In this document: piece by piece, positions 58,264 through 64,000 of the stretch
Position numbering within the stretch: the first letter of the stretch is position 1
How the letters are laid out: every line of letters begins with the position of its first letter
DNA from: Candidatus Thalassarchaeaceae archaeon
GTDB taxonomy: Archaea > Thermoplasmatota > Poseidoniia > Poseidoniales > Thalassarchaeaceae
Assembly: GCA_045568235.1 (NCBI GenBank)
Contig: JBJLBJ010000026.1
Span: forward strand, 2,103 to 66,102
Reading direction: 5' to 3'
Length of the DNA stretch: 64,000 nt
The notes under the pieces: generated by a model
The model's database searches: none
What the model was told of the DNA's origin: nothing
The model's input: only the letters and a program-made list of their open reading frames with translations
Position numbers and translations under genes: made by a program

Positions 58264-58279
58264 TAATTATCGCTTTTAC

Positions 58280-58591
58280 TTATCCGAAGAGAGAACCGAG
58301 ACCTTCGAAACCACCGGCTTCTTCCTCAGGTTCTTCTTCTGCAGCTGCGGCAGGAGCTTCAGCAGCATTTCCGCCACCAGAGGCAGCAGGTGCAGCAGCA
58401 GAAGCAGTAGGTGTAGCTATAGCAGTAGCCATAGCTTCACCGATATCAACAGATCCAAGAGATGCAACTAGAGCCTTTACGCGACCCTTGTCAGCATCCA
58501 CGCCAGCAGCAGTTAATACTCCGCTAACACTTTTTTCGTCAATTTCCTTTTCAGCAGAGTGCAGTAACATTGCAGCATATACATATTCCAT
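58280..58591 (-). CDS. rpl12: 50S ribosomal stalk protein P1 (L12e)
   Basis: ATG 58591 gives [17 protein letters not shown]... The hinge is Ala-rich and the conserved C-terminus is [15 protein letters not shown]. Confidence 0.9.
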   Translation of the reverse strand: MEYVYAAMLLHSAEKEIDEKSVSGVLTAAGVDADKGRVKALVASLGSVDIGEAMATAIATPTASAAAPAASGGGNAAEAPAAAAEEEPEEEAGGFEGLGSLFG

Positions 58592-58607
58592 TTTTTTCAC
58601 CTTTTAT

Positions 58608-59621
58608 TTAACCGAAGAGGTCACCAAGTCCATCGAACCCAGTTTCCTCCTCTTCCTCTCCTTCCTCTTCAGTAGCAGGAGTTCCTGCATCTGATTCAGT
58701 CGTTTCAGAGGCCACGACAACAGCACTTGAAACAGCACCTAGTGCTACTGTTAATTCTTCATCAAGTGCTGAGGAATCTAATTGGCTCGCAAGAGCCATC
58801 ATACGCGCATTGGCACGCGTTACAAATAATTCTGCAGTTTTATCATTCACAATACCAGCTTTAACTGCTACCGCTAATGATTCACTGCTAGCTTTCGCTA
58901 GTAGGACCGGAGTAGTTGTTGTAGAGAACCAATGTGCATTGCAAGCCAAGTTGAATGCACGTGAAGTTGCAATCGAAATATCATCTTTCAGGCCGTCTAA
59001 GTCGAGATCCAAATCATCTGCAGGTAATAATAATCCTTCTTCAATAGCTCCAATTAAAATTAAACCAATTTCTATAGGATTTATTCCAAGCTTTGCTAAC
59101 ATCATACCTAAATCAGCAGACATAGGCTCTCCAGCAGATACAACTTTTGTTTCTTTTTGTATTGCTATCTTACCTTTGTCAATTTTTGCTGGAATTCCTA
59201 CAGCATTAAATTCTCCCACTAAAGGCCCTGGTGCGAATTCTGTCGGTCCGGCTGGAACAATAATATCCGAAGGTGCTAATTCACCTTCTTTTGCAGCACG
59301 TCCTTGGCGTGTTTTCTTTAATTCATCAAATAACTGATATGCATTTAGTGAATCACTGTGTACTATACAAGGTTGAGCAGCACCTTCAAACAAAACTTCC
59401 AACTCTTCAGTAGAGCGACCAGATTCTTTCCAAGCAATTCTCATCAATGTCTTTTTCGCCATTGTCATGCTAACTATGCCTTTTAACGAACTTCTCATAT
59501 CTAGCATATTCTTTGCAGGAACTCCTCCAATATCTATAATTCCGACTACACCCGGACTACTAATAATTTCTTTAAGTTCGTTAACACGCCCTTCTTTCCA
59601 AGATGCTACTTTAGGAATCAT
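58608..59621 (-). CDS. rpl10: 50S ribosomal protein uL10 (P0)
   Basis: 337 aa. It has a P0-type N-terminal domain and the C-terminus EEEGEEEEETGFDGLGDLFG. Its start overlaps the uL1 stop (ATGA). Confidence 0.92.
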   Translation of the reverse strand: MIPKVASWKEGRVNELKEIISSPGVVGIIDIGGVPAKNMLDMRSSLKGIVSMTMAKKTLMRIAWKESGRSTEELEVLFEGAAQPCIVHSDSLNAYQLFDELKKTRQGRAAKEGELAPSDIIVPAGPTEFAPGPLVGEFNAVGIPAKIDKGKIAIQKETKVVSAGEPMSADLGMMLAKLGINPIEIGLILIGAIEEGLLLPADDLDLDLDGLKDDISIATSRAFNLACNAHWFSTTTTPVLLAKASSESLAVAVKAGIVNDKTAELFVTRANARMMALASQLDSSALDEELTVALGAVSSAVVVASETTESDAGTPATEEEGEEEEETGFDGLGDLFG

Positions 59622-60265
59622 GAATTAGCAACCTCCACTTTTATTGAAGGTCCCATAGAAGTTTTAACGTAACAAGATCTAATGTTTTTGTCTCCACGAT
59701 CTAATCTCCCAATCACTCTCTTCCATATTGCTAGAGCATTAGCAGTCAACTCTTCATTTGATTGAGTTCGAGTACCTATGGCAGTGTGAAATGTTATTTT
59801 ATCTCTAGAACGAACTATTGCAGTATCTTTCAAACCTCCTGCTATCATAGCAGGATCTACTGGTGGAGGTACAGGTCGGGGCATCTTTCCACGAGGCCCT
59901 AGGACTACACCTAGGAATCTACCTACAGACCCCATATGTGGTATTTCTGACAAGAAAAAATCATATCTGTTAGCCATTTTTCTAGCTGCTTGACGTTTTG
60001 TACCCAAATCTTCGATTGTTGATGGATCAATAATTTCTAATCCGGCTGCTCTAGCCTTAGCTGCCATTTCTCCACCAGCAAACATTGCAATCTTCGGTTC
60101 TTTACCTCTCCCTGAAGGAAGTCTGACTTCTTCTTGTATTCTGTTAGAAGGATTCTTCAAATCAATATCTTTCAAAGTAAATGACATTTCTAGTGATTCT
60201 ACGAAATTTCGCTCTGGAGCACCTTCAAGTGCTTTTTGAATTGCTGTTTGTAAATTATTTTCCAT
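59618..60265 (-). CDS. rpl1: 50S ribosomal protein uL1
   Basis: The ORF is open from TTG 60322. ATG 60265 gives 215 aa (the canonical size) starting MENNLQTAIQKALEGAPERNFVESLE, with ...GPRGKMP. A GAGGTGAG SD lies upstream. Confidence 0.9.
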   Translation of the reverse strand: MENNLQTAIQKALEGAPERNFVESLEMSFTLKDIDLKNPSNRIQEEVRLPSGRGKEPKIAMFAGGEMAAKARAAGLEIIDPSTIEDLGTKRQAARKMANRYDFFLSEIPHMGSVGRFLGVVLGPRGKMPRPVPPPVDPAMIAGGLKDTAIVRSRDKITFHTAIGTRTQSNEELTANALAIWKRVIGRLDRGDKNIRSCYVKTSMGPSIKVEVANS

Positions 60266-60277
60266 TATCTCACCTCT

Positions 60278-60304
60278 GCGGTCAACGAGGTTTCCCTCTA
60301 CCGC
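60278..60304 (-). promoter_or_regulatory. stem - asymmetric internal loop - stem - GAAA tetraloop hairpin in the uL1 5' leader (candidate L1 autoregulatory operator)
   Basis: The minus strand reads GCGGU-A-GAGG-GAAA-CCUC-GUUG-ACCGC. It ends 4 nt before the GAGGTGAG SD of rpl1. Confidence 0.3.
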
Positions 60305-60318
60305 AATTCGTGTTCGTT

Positions 60319-60597
60319 TCAACTAAAATGTTCGCTAAATCTCCCTTCACTCATTGCATTTAATGCTTCTTTTGGTTGCATTCCTTCTACACTAACTCTC
60401 ATAGATACACATGTACCCATTACTTCACGACATCTTGCGTAAAGAGTAGAGCCGGTCAAACGTTCTTTTTGCTTCTCTGCTATCTGTTTAATTTGATCCA
60501 TTGTCAAGTTCTCAGTAGCATCCTCCCAAGACCCATTACACTTCTTTACACCAAGTGTTTGATTCACCATATGTGGTGTTTCATTCCTAGCTGACAT
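60319..60597 (-). CDS. rpl11: 50S ribosomal protein uL11, C-terminal (rRNA-binding) domain only
   Basis: 92 aa with a GGAGGT SD 7 nt upstream of the ATG. LGVKK...ENLTMDQIKQIAEKQKERL...REVMGTCVSMRVSVEGMQPKE aligns to the C-terminal half of archaeal L11 (..LGIE...GNLTLEQVIKIAKMK...KEVLGTCGSMGVTVEGKDPKE). The PPLGPALG N-terminal domain is not encoded here. Confidence 0.8.
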   Translation of the reverse strand: MSARNETPHMVNQTLGVKKCNGSWEDATENLTMDQIKQIAEKQKERLTGSTLYARCREVMGTCVSMRVSVEGMQPKEALNAMSEGRFSEHFS

Positions 60598-60682
60598 CTG
60601 TGTAACCTCCTGTGTTTGTGTCTCGCCGACCTACTTGCCCTATTTGAGATTGATGTAAAAATCAATTTAGCCGATTCCTCGC

Positions 60683-61549
60683 TTATTCAACTCTTTGTGT
60701 TACTCTGACTTGATCTGCTCGTACTGTTAGTGCAACAGGTACAGCAGCTTCGAATAATTCAACTGTAACCTCTTCTTTTGATTCAGTAACACGAATTACA
60801 CGTGCATTTTGACCTCTAAATGCTCCTCCAACAATTTCACAGAGACTACCTTCTTCTATTCCAGATGTAGCAGCCTTAGGCTCTAAGTAGGGCAATACAT
60901 CTTCAAGTGGAGATTCTCCTGGTAAAACCTTTCTACAGTTCTTTAGAGGTGTGACTCCTATCCCTACTCTGCCAATTAATTTCTCTACATGGTGTAAAGC
61001 AGATGCTTCAACGAAAATATAACCTCTCATGAAATGTGGATTTAGTACACCAAATATCTCATCTTGAATATCTTGTAGAGAACCAGTTCCTGAAAGTCTT
61101 GCTCTGATTTCTTTAGCAACATTTTGCTCTTGCCCTATTGAAGTTTTCAAGATGTAAAGATATGATGCCACATCTCCATACATTTCGGTTAATTTCGGAG
61201 TTGAATATTCTTTTTCTTTAATTCTTCCAGGATCTACCCATTCACTATTTTTGTACAATGTACTTGGAACAACTTCTTTGACTTTACATACACAAAGTAT
61301 CGGAGTAACATCTACCAGTCTATTTCCATATTCCAATCCACGTGCTTCGCCAGTGCGCACAAATTCAAAGTTCTCTCGTGAAATACCAGTACACTCCTCA
61401 ACTCTTTTTGCTACTGCATCAAGATCATCAGGATTTCCTAATCCATAGATTCCATCCCATGCGCCAGCGAAATCAGAAATTCCATCAGCTCTTTGCATTA
61501 AGAGTACTTTTTCTTCATTTCTTAGATAAACTGTAAATGATTCAGACAT
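60683..61549 (-). CDS. spt5: transcription elongation factor Spt5 (NGN+KOW) with ~130-aa N-terminal degenerate Nudix-like domain
   Basis: 288 aa. The C-terminal ~155 aa are a standard archaeal Spt5 (YILKTSIGQEQNVAKEI...RGYIFVEA...; KOW GSLCEIVGGAFRGQNARVIRV). The N-terminal part, KVLLMQRADGISDFAGAWDGIYGLGNPDDLDAVAKRVEECTGI, follows the Nudix-fold pattern with a non-canonical box. Confidence 0.85.
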   Translation of the reverse strand: MSESFTVYLRNEEKVLLMQRADGISDFAGAWDGIYGLGNPDDLDAVAKRVEECTGISRENFEFVRTGEARGLEYGNRLVDVTPILCVCKVKEVVPSTLYKNSEWVDPGRIKEKEYSTPKLTEMYGDVASYLYILKTSIGQEQNVAKEIRARLSGTGSLQDIQDEIFGVLNPHFMRGYIFVEASALHHVEKLIGRVGIGVTPLKNCRKVLPGESPLEDVLPYLEPKAATSGIEEGSLCEIVGGAFRGQNARVIRVTESKEEVTVELFEAAVPVALTVRADQVRVTQRVE

Positions 61550-61559
61550 ACTTTACACC

Positions 61560-61826
61560 TCATGCTCCTGTTAACCAATCAAAAAATGCTGGGAAAACAT
61601 TATTCATCATAGCTTGTACAACGAAACCAAATAATCCCAATATGAACATACCTATGCCACAAACTATCATAGTTTGTCTAAATTGAGCCTTTGTTGGTTT
61701 ACGTGCCATCTTTAAAATTCTTGCATATGAACCTGTTTGTAAACTTCTAACTCGGCTTTCAATATCGTCCTGAACGTCCTGAACTTTCTCTTCGAATTTA
61801 CTAACTTTGGAATTTTCGACACTCAT
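61560..61826 (-). CDS. secE: preprotein translocase subunit SecE / Sec61-gamma
   Basis: 88 aa. RILKMARKPTKAQFRQTMIVCGIGMFILGLFGFVV is the canonical archaeal SecE sequence. The gene sits between ftsZ and spt5 as in other archaea. Confidence 0.8.
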   Translation of the reverse strand: MSVENSKVSKFEEKVQDVQDDIESRVRSLQTGSYARILKMARKPTKAQFRQTMIVCGIGMFILGLFGFVVQAMMNNVFPAFFDWLTGA

Positions 61827-61916
61827 CGTTCTCCCTCAAATCGGCCAAGCGTCCAACCAATTCCATTTAAGGGCGACGGGAAGGTACGTCCATAGGAAAA
61901 TATAAAATTATTAAAA

Positions 61917-63026
61917 TTAAGAGATAAATTCTACAGTCCTACTTCTTAAATTTCTCATCTGAGTATGCATCGAAGCACCATGTATTTGTTCACTTTTTAC
62001 TCCAGTTAATACTAACAAAACTCTAATGTTATTGCCCAACGATTCATCAGTCGTAACTCCCCAAATAATTTTTGCATATGTATTAATTTTCTTTCGAATT
62101 ATATCAGCACATTTTTCTGCTTCTCCAAGAGTTAAACCGGGCCCTCCAACAACATTGATCAGAGCACCCCTTGCATCTGAAATATCCATGTCTAGTAGTG
62201 GATTCTCAATTGCTTCATTTGTAGCAATCTCTGCAGTCTCGCCTTCTCCAAGTCCAATGACTCCAATTCCTCCTCCATTACTGAGGACTGATTTTAAATC
62301 TTGAAAATCAAGATTGACTATCCCTTCTCTAGATATCATCTCAGAAACGCCTGAAATACTTCGAACTAATAATTCATCAGCCACACGAAAAGCAGCATCT
62401 AACGGTAATTGCTTAACAGTATCAATTTCCAATAATCTTTCATTTGGCAATACAATAACAGTGTCGGCAGTTTCCTTGAGTCTCTCTAATCCCCAATCTG
62501 CATTTTGTTTTCTTAGAGATCCTTCTGATAAGAATGGATAGCTAACTACTGCAATTGTTAATGCCCCAGCCTGTTTAGCTAATCGGGATATTACAGGGGC
62601 AGATCCCGTACCAGATCCACCCCCCAAACCTGCGGTAATAAACGCAAGATCGCAGCCTTCAACTTCAGTCTTCAATATTCTCTCAGACTCATATGCTGCT
62701 TGTTCTCCCTTTTCTGGATCGCCACCTGCCCCCCTGCCACGGGCTGTGCGACCAATTAGAATTTTATTTTCAACAGCAACTTTCAACAGATGTTGAGCAT
62801 CTGTATTAATTGCCATTCCTTTTACATATTCATCATCAAACAATGACTCTGCCTCAAGCCTTGCTACTGCATTACTTCCAGCACCTCCACATCCAAAGAC
62901 CCTTATCTTTGGTTGTAAAGATTTTAGTAAATCTTGAAGATTCAAATCTTCAACTGGCTCGGGAGTATTCTGAGCAGTAATTTCGTCCTCCTGAAGCTCG
63001 AGGACTCTATCGATAATATGCTTCAC
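61917..63026 (-). CDS. ftsZ: cell division GTPase FtsZ
   Basis: 369 aa with a GTG start. Motifs are GCGGAGSNAV, the tubulin signature GLGGGSGTGSAPV, and NTDAQ. Confidence 0.92.
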   Translation of the reverse strand: MKHIIDRVLELQEDEITAQNTPEPVEDLNLQDLLKSLQPKIRVFGCGGAGSNAVARLEAESLFDDEYVKGMAINTDAQHLLKVAVENKILIGRTARGRGAGGDPEKGEQAAYESERILKTEVEGCDLAFITAGLGGGSGTGSAPVISRLAKQAGALTIAVVSYPFLSEGSLRKQNADWGLERLKETADTVIVLPNERLLEIDTVKQLPLDAAFRVADELLVRSISGVSEMISREGIVNLDFQDLKSVLSNGGGIGVIGLGEGETAEIATNEAIENPLLDMDISDARGALINVVGGPGLTLGEAEKCADIIRKKINTYAKIIWGVTTDESLGNNIRVLLVLTGVKSEQIHGASMHTQMRNLRSRTVEFIS

Positions 63027-63115
63027 GAAGTGAGAGGGACATTAGGCAGAGGATAACTATTGCCCTACAAACATAGGGTAACATATAGTTTTTCACAGGT
63101 ATCAGAATTTGCCAA

Positions 63116-63793
63116 TTAGCCTAATAATCCTTTACGAGTTTTCAAAAATCTAATGATAAAAGTATACACTCCTCCCCATGCAGAGAATGCTATTGCAAAT
63201 GTTATTCCATTAAGTTCAGAATTTCCTAAAATAATCCAATCAAAATATTCATGAATTGAATTACTAGAAATACCGTTAGTATCAGTAATAGCTTGAACTG
63301 CTGCTGCTAATAGACCAATCATTGTTATCACTAATCTATCTGCTCTAGAGAAACCTCCGTATATTCTTCCTAGGCCCACAGATTGTGCTTGTGTCCCCAT
63401 GTAAGAACCCATCAAAGTCAATAGTGCGGCCATTGATCCAGAACTCATATCATCTACAAATGCAGCATTCATTCCAAGAGCCACTAATAATCCTATATCT
63501 ACAACACGATCTATAGTATGGTCCAGAAAATCTCCATATGGGCCATCAGTTCCTTGATGTCTAGCCAAAGCACCATCTAACGCATCAAATATTCCTGCAA
63601 CAATAATTAGCACAATTCCTCCAATTATCATCAAACCTCCTGTTTCATCAAATTTTGCCTCTGCAAGAAGTACAAATGCTACAATTGCTATTACAAGACT
63701 TGTCCAAGTAAGTATACTGGGATCAAGATTGCCCATTTTCACTACTATTGGCTCAGTTGCTTTAGTCCATGTTTCTCTAAACTTTTCGAACAT
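63116..63793 (-). CDS. CDP-alcohol phosphatidyltransferase (archaeal polar-lipid head-group synthase)
   Basis: 225 aa and multi-TM. DALDGALARHQGTDGPYGDFLDHTIDRVVD matches D-x2-DG-x2-AR-x8-G-x3-D-x3-D. Confidence 0.88.
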   Translation of the reverse strand: MFEKFRETWTKATEPIVVKMGNLDPSILTWTSLVIAIVAFVLLAEAKFDETGGLMIIGGIVLIIVAGIFDALDGALARHQGTDGPYGDFLDHTIDRVVDIGLLVALGMNAAFVDDMSSGSMAALLTLMGSYMGTQAQSVGLGRIYGGFSRADRLVITMIGLLAAAVQAITDTNGISSNSIHEYFDWIILGNSELNGITFAIAFSAWGGVYTFIIRFLKTRKGLLG

Positions 63794-63796
63794 TGT

Positions 63797-64000
63797 TAAT
63801 CCTCCATTTTGGATACCCAGTCAATTACCGAGGGAGGGTCATTGGGCTTGAATCCATCTGATATCCAAAGTGATAAGGACATGAGTATTGAGTGTACATC
63901 ATTTTCCGTGGTATCAAACTCATTCCAAGGGATATCTCCTTGTCTATCATTCCATGAACTCCCTAAAATCTCCCAATCACAGTTAGATCTTATCTTTGAT
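63797..64000 (-). CDS. C-terminal 67 codons of an unidentified gene (5' end outside window)
   Basis: Own translation is ...SKIRSNCDWEILGSSWNDRQGDIPWNEFDTTENDVHSILMSLSLWISDGFKPNDPPSVIDWVSKMED*. The frame is open to the window edge, and its stop lies 3 nt from the next gene's start. Confidence 0.35.

Noticed and set aside
57902-58471. 189-aa plus-strand ORF
   Set aside because: It is Ser/Ile/Arg-rich and low in complexity. It overlaps both the 172-aa minus-strand ORF and the 3' end of rpl12, so the minus-strand genes are preferred.
58810-59337. 175-aa plus-strand ORF
   Set aside because: It lies entirely antisense to the uL10 (P0) gene, whose identity is unambiguous.
60266-60322. TTG-initiated N-terminal extension of uL1 (MKRTRIAVEGNLVDRRGEI-) given by the ORF track
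   Set aside because: ATG 60265 yields the canonical ~215-aa uL1 with its own SD. The extension would overlap the uL11 stop and read through the leader hairpin, so the shorter start was chosen.
1-64000. Looked for rRNA, tRNA, CRISPR arrays, transposase/integrase genes and terminal inverted repeats across the window
   Set aside because: I found no tRNA-like acceptor/T-arm signatures (e.g. GGTTCGAATCC-type) in spacers. I also found no regularly spaced direct repeats, no rRNA-like GC-rich non-coding stretches, and no ORF with DDE, tyrosine- or serine-recombinase motifs. The scan was by eye only.

Overview
AT-rich, very compact chromosomal segment. Convergent genes often abut or overlap by 0-4 nt. 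The informational genes are clearly archaeal: the conserved ftsZ-secE-spt5-uL11-uL1-uL10(P0)-P1 cluster, MCM, GatE, Pth2, Trm1 and a PAC2 proteasome chaperone. Composition, streamlining, giant surface and transporter proteins and bacterial-type accessory genes suggest an uncultured marine planktonic euryarchaeote (Marine Group II / Poseidoniales-like). That assignment is inference only. All domain calls were made by eye from remembered family motifs, and no search was run.

Main contents:
- Housekeeping metabolism: purM, moaA, an NfuA-like protein, an aminotransferase, threonine aldolase, an M20 peptidase, and a TIGR01210 (RaSEA-like) radical-SAM protein.
- A Liv-type amino-acid ABC transporter with unusually fused components: a 1075-aa triple-module binding lipoprotein, a 1300-aa LivH-LivM fusion, LivG and LivF.
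- A 1078-aa RCC1 plus 15x34-aa Cys-repeat surface protein.
- A 539-aa Lys/Glu/Ala-rich coiled-coil protein.
- A block of uncharacterised membrane-protein genes at 0.7-5.5 kb.

Most notable observations:
1. A translationally coupled bacterial-type AddB/AddA-like helicase-nuclease pair (39.7-48.2 kb, 1194 + 1643 aa) in which both subunits carry Cas4/AddB-style 4-Cys PD-(D/E)XK nuclease domains.
2. A uL11 gene that encodes only the C-terminal rRNA-binding domain.
3. Spt5 fused to an N-terminal degenerate Nudix-like domain.
4. A 21-aa, 9-Cys micropeptide ORF with a leaderless-type TATA box.
5. A circularly permuted type-3 SBP module in the binding protein.

I did not recognise any rRNA, tRNA, CRISPR array, transposase or integrase.
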